A model generated the notes under the pieces. It searched no databases, had not been told where the DNA came from, and saw only the letters and a list, made by a program, of their open reading frames with translations. A DNA stretch of 64,000 nt from an uncultured bacterium (GTDB taxonomy: Bacteria; Verrucomicrobiota; Verrucomicrobiia; Verrucomicrobiales; V1-33). The DNA lies in contig CAJBME010000240.1 of the NCBI GenBank assembly GCA_903954065.1, positions 8,732 through 72,731 on the forward strand, read 5' to 3'. Both the position numbers and the translations under genes were made by a program. Shown here in pieces: positions 56,897-64,000 of this stretch (position 1 is its first letter; each line of letters starts with the position of its first letter).

Positions 56897-58285
56897 ATGT
56901 CGTCGAAGTATGATCTTGTTGTTGTGGGTGGCGGACCGGCGGGTTACGTCGGCGCCATCCGGGCCGCCCAATTGGGAAAAAAAGTTGCCTGCGTCGAAAA
57001 AGAACGCGCCGGCGGAACCTGTCTGAACTGGGGATGTATCCCCACCAAGGCGCTGCTCAAAAACGCAGAGCTCTACCACACGCTGACCCACAAGGCGCAG
57101 GAGATGGGGATCAAAATCGAAGGCCTCTCGTATGACTGGCCGACCATCATCGGTCGCAGCCGAAAGGTGAGTGACAAAATGGCTGGGGGCATCGAATTCC
57201 TCTTTCGCAAAAACAAGGTTGATTACATCAAGGGCGAAGCCGCGCTGGCTACCGCCAACACCGTGCAAGTGACGGCGGCCGATGGCACCACCTCGACAGT
57301 GGAGGGAACCAACATCCTCGTGGCCACCGGCTGTGTCAGCCGCGATTTGCCCGGACTACCGTTTAACGGCACCACCGTCATCAGCAGTCATGAGGCCATG
57401 GTGCTGGCGACTCAGCCCAAAGACATCCTCATCATTGGCGCCGGGGCCATCGGTATTGAGTTTGCCTACTTTTTCCACGCCTTCGGCACCAAAGTCACTG
57501 TCATCGAGATGCTGCCGAACCTGCTGCCCGTGGAAGACACCGAGGTCAGTCAGGCCCTAGAAAAATCATTCAATAAACTCGGGGTTGGCATACGCACGGG
57601 CACCCGTGTCATCGCCACCAAGGACCATGGCACTCACGTGGAGGTCACTGTGGAGAAGGATGGTCGCCAGGAAGTACTGACGGCCGCGACCTGCCTTGTG
57701 GCCATTGGCGTGAAGCCGCTGCTCCCCGGCGGCTCGACGCCCGCCCTCACCGACCGCGGCTACATCCAAACCGACGGACGCTATCAGACCTCTCTGCGCG
57801 GCGTGTTTGCGGCAGGCGACATCATCGGCCCGCCCTGGCTGGCTCACGTGGCCATGTTTGAAGCCATTCAGGCCGTCAACGGCATGTTCGATGCCAAGTT
57901 CAAACCCCGGAAGGTGGATCTTTTCCCCGGCTGCACTTATTGCCAGCCACAGGTGGCCAGCGTCGGCCTCACCGAACGCGCCGCGCGCGAGAAAGGCCTC
58001 AAATTCAAAGTGGGCAAATTCCCGTTCCTGGCCAGCGGCAAGGCGGTGGCCGCCGCCGATGCCGATGGGTTTGTCAAAGTCTTGATTGGCGAACCCCACG
58101 GAGAAATCATCGGAGCACATATCATTGGCAATGAAGCGACGGAGCTGATTGCCGAATTCGCGTTGGCTATGAATAGCGAGCTGACATACGAAGACATTGA
58201 GGCCACCATTCACGCGCACCCGACGCTGGCTGAAGCCATCCACGAAGCCGTGGCCCAAGCCTCGGGCCACGCCATTCACATCTAG
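56897..58285 (+). CDS. lpdA: dihydrolipoyl dehydrogenase (E3)
   Basis: Start moved to MSSKYDLVVVGGGPAGYVGAIRAAQLG. Redox-active GGTCLNWGCIPTK. C-terminal HAHPTLAE. Confidence 0.95.
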   Translation: MSSKYDLVVVGGGPAGYVGAIRAAQLGKKVACVEKERAGGTCLNWGCIPTKALLKNAELYHTLTHKAQEMGIKIEGLSYDWPTIIGRSRKVSDKMAGGIEFLFRKNKVDYIKGEAALATANTVQVTAADGTTSTVEGTNILVATGCVSRDLPGLPFNGTTVISSHEAMVLATQPKDILIIGAGAIGIEFAYFFHAFGTKVTVIEMLPNLLPVEDTEVSQALEKSFNKLGVGIRTGTRVIATKDHGTHVEVTVEKDGRQEVLTAATCLVAIGVKPLLPGGSTPALTDRGYIQTDGRYQTSLRGVFAAGDIIGPPWLAHVAMFEAIQAVNGMFDAKFKPRKVDLFPGCTYCQPQVASVGLTERAAREKGLKFKVGKFPFLASGKAVAAADADGFVKVLIGEPHGEIIGAHIIGNEATELIAEFALAMNSELTYEDIEATIHAHPTLAEAIHEAVAQASGHAIHI

Positions 58286-58352
58286 TCACGAGCGCCGGAA
58301 CCTATGCTCTAGGCCATCCCCAAGGACGGCCCCCTCACACCCAGTAAACAAC

Positions 58353-59234
58353 GTGGAAATATCCTCGCCCCTCCACCCCACCCCCAACCCTCTGCGCCCA
58401 CCCCTGATCGAGGTCGACGGACTGTTGGTGAAACGAGAGGGGGCCGTCATCCTCGACCACGTCGCCTGGCGCGTGGAGGCTGGACAACACTGGGTTATTC
58501 TCGGAGCCAACGGCTCGGGAAAAACCTCCCTCCTCATGGCCCTGACCGGGTATCTGATGCCCACCGCCGGTGGCCTCAGCGTCTTGGGCCGCAAATTTGG
58601 AGAAACAGACTGGCGCGAGCTCCGGCGCGACATCGGTATCGTCAGCAGCAATCTGCGCCAACGCATCGAAGAAAATGAATCCGCCCGGGAGGTCGTCGCC
58701 TCAGGCCGGTATGCCATGCTCAATTTTTGGGGCACCCTGACCCGCGCCGACCTAGCCACAGCGGCCGCATGGCTAGAACGCGTCGGCTGCGCCCACCTCG
58801 CCCGCCGACCATGGGCCGTGCTCTCCCAAGGCGAACGGCAACGAATCCTCATCGCCCGAGCTCTCATCGCCGATCCCAAACTGCTCATCCTGGACGAACC
58901 CTGCTCCGGGCTGGATCCCGTGGCCCGGGAACGGTTCCTCACGTTTATGCACTCCCTGACCAGCGAACCCGCAGGCCCAGGACTGGTGCTGGTCACCCAC
59001 CACGTGGAGGAAATCACCCCAGCATTCACCCACGCCTTACTCCTCCGCGACGGCCGCATCCTCACCCAAGGCCCCCGCCACCAAACCCTCACCAGCTCGC
59101 ACCTCAGCCAGCTCTTCAACCACCCCGTCACCGTGCGCCGCCACCAAAACCGCCTGCAGCTCACTCTCACCCCCCACATTTCTACGTTACAGGCTAAAAC
59201 TGTTCGTGAGAACAAATATTGCCAGACCTGTTGA
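58353..59234 (+). CDS. ABC transporter ATP-binding protein (stand-alone, ModF/YlmA-like)
   Basis: Walker A GANGSGKTSLL, signature LSQGERQRILIARAL and Walker B LLILDEPCSGLD. There is no in-frame ATG after the lpdA stop, so a GTG at 58353 is proposed. Confidence 0.8.
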   Translation: MEISSPLHPTPNPLRPPLIEVDGLLVKREGAVILDHVAWRVEAGQHWVILGANGSGKTSLLMALTGYLMPTAGGLSVLGRKFGETDWRELRRDIGIVSSNLRQRIEENESAREVVASGRYAMLNFWGTLTRADLATAAAWLERVGCAHLARRPWAVLSQGERQRILIARALIADPKLLILDEPCSGLDPVARERFLTFMHSLTSEPAGPGLVLVTHHVEEITPAFTHALLLRDGRILTQGPRHQTLTSSHLSQLFNHPVTVRRHQNRLQLTLTPHISTLQAKTVRENKYCQTC

Positions 59235-59316
59235 AAATATCGTAAATAATTCTGGAAACCTTAACTATAAAAGATTATCAACATGTCGGGTAACAGCCTG
59301 ACTTTTCTCAGAATTT

Positions 59317-59988
59317 ATGTCTTCTTTTTCACCTCGCACGAAAAGCCTTTCTCCGCTCGGATCAGATGAATTTCGGATTGAGTTTGAGGATGATGTGCTG
59401 CCGGCCCCGGTATCGAGGTTAAACCCTCCGGCGAGGGCCATGGGGGACGAGGAAGATTTTGAGCTCCAGCTGGCCCGCACGCAGGAGGAGTTGCTCAACC
59501 TTCAAAACCAAGCACGGGTAGTAGAGCGCCGGAAGGAGGAGTTGGAGGAAGTGACCCGCAAGGAGCGCGAGTATACGCGCGGGCGGGCGGAACTTCATGA
59601 AAAGCTTTCGGGCAAGCTGGTTACGCTAGAGCGCGCCTCCACGGAAACTCAACGCCAATTGGAGACGCTTTTGCAGGCGCGGGATGACATTTCGCGACAC
59701 TATCGGGCGTTGACGTCAATTGTCATTGAGGACTGGCATGCTCCGGGGGTGGTGGAGCAGGCGGACCACGCCTTGGCGGTCATCAACGAGGCACGGGCGG
59801 ATTATGAGCGGGTGTGCGCGCGCACCTCGACCTGCCTGTCGATGGGCGTGCAGACGGGACTTTTACCGGCTGACATCCCGATGGTCCCGGCTCATGATTT
59901 CCGTTATTGGTTGCTCAGTGGGTTTGCCTTTACACTGCCGCTCTTTGTACTGGGTGTGGCAGCGGTCGTATTGAGCATGATTTTTTGA
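59317..59988 (+). CDS. hypothetical coiled-coil protein with C-terminal transmembrane segment(s)
   Basis: MSSFSPRTKSL..., a heptad-like Glu/Arg/Leu-rich centre (LARTQEELLNLQNQARVVERRKEELEEVTRKERE) and a hydrophobic C-terminus FRYWLLSGFAFTLPLFVLGVAAVVLSMIF. It is preceded by an AT-rich intergenic region. Confidence 0.6.
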   Translation: MSSFSPRTKSLSPLGSDEFRIEFEDDVLPAPVSRLNPPARAMGDEEDFELQLARTQEELLNLQNQARVVERRKEELEEVTRKEREYTRGRAELHEKLSGKLVTLERASTETQRQLETLLQARDDISRHYRALTSIVIEDWHAPGVVEQADHALAVINEARADYERVCARTSTCLSMGVQTGLLPADIPMVPAHDFRYWLLSGFAFTLPLFVLGVAAVVLSMIF

Positions 59989-60009
59989 TTTATCCCCCCT
60001 GATCACTCC

Positions 60010-60366
60010 ATGTCCAGCCCCGCAAGCACGCGTCAACCGAACCGCTTTGTCCACAAGCTGGTTATGCATGGGCGATCCACGCACCCGTCGGTGGATGTGG
60101 ATGAAATCGACCTGCGATCGCGCATTGCCGAGCTCGAGAACCGGGTGGCGACGGCGCCGGCCCTGGAGCGCCGACGCCGGGAATCAGCGCGGCACGTGGT
60201 TCCGGCGGAAGAGGGCGCGGGGCGCCAACGTCCGCAGCGACGACTGACCAAGCTGCAGAAACGCGCCGTCGCCCGCGAACGCCGACGCCACATTCTGACC
60301 TCGGTGGTGCTGGTGGCTGCTCTGATTGGCCTGCTCAACCTGCTGGCCCATCTGCTGAAAGCCTAA
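60010..60366 (+). CDS. small Arg-rich tail-anchored hypothetical protein
   Basis: 118 aa with a helical Arg/Glu-rich body and a C-terminal TM helix ILTSVVLVAALIGLLNLLAHLL. It starts 21 nt after the previous stop. Confidence 0.5.
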   Translation: MSSPASTRQPNRFVHKLVMHGRSTHPSVDVDEIDLRSRIAELENRVATAPALERRRRESARHVVPAEEGAGRQRPQRRLTKLQKRAVARERRRHILTSVVLVAALIGLLNLLAHLLKA

Positions 60367-60430
60367 AATCCACGACTTGCTCATCCAAGGCGTCCGGGCA
60401 GACTCTGGAGCCGTTCACTTACGGCCTGCC

Positions 60431-61312
60431 ATGGTTGAAATCGACGCCATCTCCAAAACCTTCACCAAAGAACGCAAGGCGGTTGATGCCGTGAGCTTCA
60501 CGGTGCGAAAAGGTGAAATCTTCGGGCTCCTCGGCCACAATGGCGCCGGCAAAAGCACTCTGCTCGGGTGCATGCTCGGCATGGTTTATCCCGATCAAGG
60601 CGAGGTCCGCATTGATGGTATTTCCGTCCAGCAGGAACGCAACCGAGCCCTGCGCAAAGTCGGTGCCATCTTCGAAGCCCCCGCATTTTACGACTACCTC
60701 AGCGGGTGGCAAAACCTCAAAATCCTCGCCGCCCTCAGTGGCTTCACCGACCGCACCGAAATCAGCCGCGTCGTCGATCTGGTGAATCTCACCGAGCGCA
60801 TCAAACACCCAGTGGGCACCTACAGTCATGGCATGAGGCAGAGGCTGGCCTTGGCTCAGGCGTTGCTGCCGAGCCCGGAAGTCCTACTACTGGACGAACC
60901 AACAGATGGCCTTGACCCTGAAGGAATTCGCGAGTTCCGTGACTTTGTCCTGCGGCTGCGCGACGAGCGCGGCATGACCATTCTGTTTAATTCCCACTTG
61001 TTGGCGGAAGTCGAACTGTTATGTGACCGGGTGGCCATCATCAAGCGAGGCCGCCTGATGTACACCGGCGACGGCGCCGATCTTCGTCAGCAAAGCCAAC
61101 GGTTTTCCTTTGTCGTCGATGACTGGGCCCGGTTGGTGGCCGTGGCGGAGCCGCTCGGAGGCTGGCCGGACGGCGAGTCTCACCTCACTCTTCCCCTGAA
61201 CCTTGATGTGGCCGAAGTCGTGGCCGCGGCCGTGCAGGCGGGGCTGCGCGTACGCGAGGTGCATCGGCACAAGGAAACTCTGGAAGACCTTTACCTGAAA
61301 GTGAGCGCATGA
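60431..61312 (+). CDS. ABC-2-type transporter ATP-binding protein
   Basis: Start moved to MVEIDAISKTF. Walker A GHNGAGKSTLL, signature YSHGMRQRLALAQAL and Walker B LLLDEPTDGLDP. Confidence 0.9.
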   Translation: MVEIDAISKTFTKERKAVDAVSFTVRKGEIFGLLGHNGAGKSTLLGCMLGMVYPDQGEVRIDGISVQQERNRALRKVGAIFEAPAFYDYLSGWQNLKILAALSGFTDRTEISRVVDLVNLTERIKHPVGTYSHGMRQRLALAQALLPSPEVLLLDEPTDGLDPEGIREFRDFVLRLRDERGMTILFNSHLLAEVELLCDRVAIIKRGRLMYTGDGADLRQQSQRFSFVVDDWARLVAVAEPLGGWPDGESHLTLPLNLDVAEVVAAAVQAGLRVREVHRHKETLEDLYLKVSA

Positions 61313-62157
61313 TCCTTTTTCTTCGTCAGCTGTGGGGCGAGTTGGTCAAAATGTCGGCCCGCAAACGAACCTATGTCGGCTTCGGCGCCTTTCTCGGGCT
61401 CGAAGCCGGATTGGTGTGGATTCTCAATACCCCGCCTGCGCGCCGCCACTTTCAACGGCTCATTGAATCGGGAGGCTTCGATTTCACAGATTATTGGTCG
61501 ATGCTTTCGCTCAGTTTTCTCATCATCAGCTGGACGGTTTTCCTACTGGGCGGCATCTACCTCGCCCTTGTCATGGGGGACATTGTCGCCAAGGAAACCG
61601 AAGAAGGATCGTTTCGACTCCTCATGAGCCGACCGGTGAGCCGGCTGCGCATCCTCGCCCTGAAATTCTGCGCCGGCACGATCTACACATTTGCGCTGAT
61701 CTTTTTCATTGGACTGACCTCGCTGGCCGCGGGAGCGCTGAACCGGGGATGGGGCGGCGGCATGTTCATCTGGGCCCCTGAACAGGGGGTGTTTGAAATG
61801 TATTCGTTCGCCGACGGCCTGCTCCGCTACCTCGGCGGCCTGCCCCTGCTAGCCCTCAGCACACTGACGACGGCCTCCGTCGCGTTCATGTTTTCATGCT
61901 TCAAAATCAAGCCGGCGACTGCCGCCATTATGGCCGTCACCGTCAGCATCGTCGACATGATCCTGCTCGCTCTGCCGTTTGCCACCGGCTACAAGGAATT
62001 CTCGCTGCTCAATCACATGGCGGTCTATGCGAAATTTTTCGCCAACCCCATCCCCTGGGCCCAGCTCGTCAAAGATTATACGTTCCTCCTCGGGGTCGAC
62101 GCCACCTGCTTCATCATCGGCTGGCTCGCTTTTCAGTCGCGGGATTTCAAATCATAA
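61309..62157 (+). CDS. ABC-2-type transporter permease
   Basis: The ATGA start/stop overlap with the upstream ATPase spans 4 nt. About 6 hydrophobic segments, 282 aa. Confidence 0.8.
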   Translation: MILFLRQLWGELVKMSARKRTYVGFGAFLGLEAGLVWILNTPPARRHFQRLIESGGFDFTDYWSMLSLSFLIISWTVFLLGGIYLALVMGDIVAKETEEGSFRLLMSRPVSRLRILALKFCAGTIYTFALIFFIGLTSLAAGALNRGWGGGMFIWAPEQGVFEMYSFADGLLRYLGGLPLLALSTLTTASVAFMFSCFKIKPATAAIMAVTVSIVDMILLALPFATGYKEFSLLNHMAVYAKFFANPIPWAQLVKDYTFLLGVDATCFIIGWLAFQSRDFKS

Positions 62158-62589
62158 GCCGCCCGCCGCCGGCCTCCTTTCCCGAGGGTCCTCCGTTGAG
62201 CTCGCGTCAGATATCCAGACAGCCAACACGACGTCGCCGACGCGCCCCTTGGCTCTGTGCCACGTCGTCGCCGGAGTCAGCCCGGCGGCCGAGATCGTGA
62301 CCAGCGCCACAGCCGTTTGCGGGTCGCTACCAATCACCCGGGCCAGCTACAGGCGGGCGCGACCGGCTCCGGCTCGGCCGGCCGGGTGCGGTCCCGGACT
62401 CGTTTCTGCTCAAAATCAGCGCCCTTGGTCGCAGGAGTAGCGGTATCGAGCGCCGAAAGACTGGCTCCTACTAGACTGCAGAAAAGGGCCCACAGAAATC
62501 GGCGATGGCGGGAAGGACTCATGAAGGATGAGAGGGAACGGGACAAAATGAGTGCTACCCCGCCGACAGCAATATCACAAAATCCGCCT

Positions 62590-62616
62590 CCTCTCTCAGC
62601 CATCGGCTGAGAGAGG
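62590..62616 (-). terminator. perfect 12-bp stem / 3-nt loop hairpin (possible terminator or regulatory hairpin)
   Basis: cctctctcagcc-atc-ggctgagagagg. On the minus strand an attttg run follows 7 nt later. It lies 212 nt downstream of the SRPBCC stop and 68 nt upstream of a small ORF. Confidence 0.3.
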
Positions 62617-62828
62617 CCGGGGCATAAACCGGTCAGGAGCGAGGAACCCTCGAACCGTCAGCCCAGCGGACCAAGGGCCGACCGCAGCCACCGGCCAGGC
62701 CAGTCATGACCATCCCGAATATCATCAGCGATCGACCGCTCCACTCCCTAACGAAACCAGAGCGTAGTTGAGCAGTATCTCGCTATGATCGCCGAGATCC
62801 TCAAAATATCTCAAGACGAACGAATAGG

Positions 62829-63347
62829 TTAAACACACCGTCCGAAAGAACCACCCGCGCCGTCGAGCACGCTTTCCTGAAAACGCTCCAAACCCCAGCG
62901 AAGCCGGACCGCCAGCTTCTCCATTGATTCAGCCAACGGTCCAGAAGCCACGGGCGGCTCAAACTCGCAGTTAATAGTGATGCGCGTGGCGCCACCGATG
63001 TCAGGACTGAAATGGACACCCCCCGAATTAGGACAGGGCCGACCACCGCCGCACTGACTCCAGAAAATGCTTTCATTCACCAGCTGACGGCTGAGCTCGG
63101 CATGCCACGGATACCATGTACCATCGAAATGAATCCGCCAGACCAGCCGACTCCAGCCGTAGATAAATCCATCCTCCTCACCTCTCATGAAATGAGGAAA
63201 CTCATCAAAACGGCGCCACTGTTGGAAAACATGCCGCAGCGGTGCCCGAATGGCCGTGGAAACAGTGATGGCATCAACCCGGCCATTCACCAGACAGGAA
63301 TCAGCCTCAATAATGGGAGAGGAGGAAATGAGGGAAAACGGCGTCAT
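62829..63347 (-). CDS. SRPBCC-superfamily (polyketide cyclase/dehydrase-like) protein
   Basis: Start moved to MTPFSLISSS... The pattern VSTAIRAPLRHVFQQWRRFDEFPHFM...WHAELSRQLVNESIFWSQ...GGVHFSPDIGGATRITINCEFEPP is typical of SRPBCC ligand-binding folds. Confidence 0.7.
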   Translation of the reverse strand: MTPFSLISSSPIIEADSCLVNGRVDAITVSTAIRAPLRHVFQQWRRFDEFPHFMRGEEDGFIYGWSRLVWRIHFDGTWYPWHAELSRQLVNESIFWSQCGGGRPCPNSGGVHFSPDIGGATRITINCEFEPPVASGPLAESMEKLAVRLRWGLERFQESVLDGAGGSFGRCV

Positions 63348-64000
63348 GGCTCGTAACAGGGAAGGATTAAGAATCAAAAAACCACTCACATCTTAGCACC
63401 ATGGAACCCCGGAGACGGACTCGGGAGGAGGCTGCACCCGCCTCCAGGGCCCATGGCATTCAGTGAAGACAACGCTTAACTTCACCCCTCAGCATCCCAT
63501 CAATCTGATTCTCCTCAATCCGGCAAAACATCGCACACTCATCCATCCCACGACTGAACAGCGCCTTCAGGTAATTACTGACGGCTTTAAGCTCTGGCCT
63601 GACATCAAACCATCCGCCGCACCCCCAACCCGTTTGTTTTGATCCTCAACTCGCAACTTCTCAACTTTCGACCCACTCTGATTCCCAAAAGCGCTTCAAG
63701 CCGCGCGTGGCTCGATCACTCCGATTTCTAGGCCGCAAAATCTCCCTCTACCACCGCCCGAGAGTCCCTCATCCCTAAAATCCACATCTGGATCGCTGCA
63801 GATCTAGGAAAACTGATGGCACAGATGTAAAAACGGACGCGCCAGCATCTGCCCCACCGGGCGAATGCTGGCGAAAAACCCGGTGACAGAATGCTACGCT
63901 GGTATCGGCGCGTAATGAAACAATCCACAGCCGGGCGGCTTCCAATCAGGCAGTTCTAACCCACCGCTCACCACACGGTCCGCCGTTCCGTCCGCCGCGA

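Noticed and set aside
56189-57268. 359-aa minus-strand ORF over rsmE/lpdA, and 58286..59215 minus-strand ORF over the ABC ATPase
   Set aside because: They are antisense shadows of genes with clear catalytic motifs (GGTCLNWGCIPTK; Walker A/B).
63478-63640. Minus-strand open frame ...GWFDVRPELKAVSNYLKALFSRGMDECAMFCRIEENQIDGMLRGEVKRCLH*
   Set aside because: It has a protein-like composition but no start codon, is only ~55 codons between stops, and matches no recognisable family. It may be a gene remnant, but the evidence is insufficient.
63829-63998. 35-codon minus-strand frame open to the right edge (ends with TAG at 63894), followed by hairpin gccagcat...atgctggc (63841-63872) and a T5 run
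   Set aside because: It could be the 3' end of a gene entering from beyond the window, with its terminator. However, 35 codons with no motif cannot be called, and the T-run is 7 nt from the stem.

Overview
High-GC bacterial chromosomal segment. The gene content points to the PVC superphylum, most likely Verrucomicrobiota. This placement is an inference from a PVC-type CxxCH heme-binding 'membrane-bound dehydrogenase' protein, an LTD/LamG/CotH giant secreted protein, a Rho with a long Lys/Ala/Pro-rich N-terminus and several prepilin-type proteins. No rRNA gene, tRNA gene, CRISPR array or transposase gene was recognised. Layout: (1) 1-8 kb holds a partial secreted protein, two very large secreted proteins and a 5'-truncated AraC-family remnant. 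(2) 8-34.9 kb is housekeeping: yebC, rho, rpoZ, smpB, hydrolases, 5-formyl-THF cyclo-ligase, clpS, a long GreA-like protein, an RND efflux pair, mnmE, ilvA, a DD-carboxypeptidase, pfkA, an Lrp/AsnC regulator, nth, a 3D-domain lipoprotein and DAHP synthase. An unusual wHTH-like hypothetical protein and a divergent SET-domain/FHA-domain gene pair sit inside this block. (3) 35-39.8 kb is a compact type IV filament-like locus. It has a strong sigma70-like promoter in an AT-rich island, two near-identical tandem major pilin genes each followed by a hairpin terminator, three minor prepilin-type genes and a PilB/GspE ATPase, but no platform, peptidase or secretin gene. (4) 39.8-40.05 kb is a 255-bp element bounded by perfect 26-bp inverted repeats. 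(5) 40.2-55.7 kb, on the minus strand, is the str/S10/spc ribosomal supercluster (rpsL to map). It carries a 259-codon signal-peptide/coiled-coil ORF between rpsS and rplV and lacks tuf, rpsN, rpmD, adk and the infA-to-rplQ tail. (6) 56-63.4 kb holds rsmE, lpdA, two ABC systems, small membrane-anchored coiled-coil proteins and an SRPBCC protein. Many long ORFs in the track are antisense or out-of-frame shadows of real genes, as expected for high-GC DNA, and were rejected. All functional calls rest on motifs read directly from the translations and on gene order. No database search was possible.
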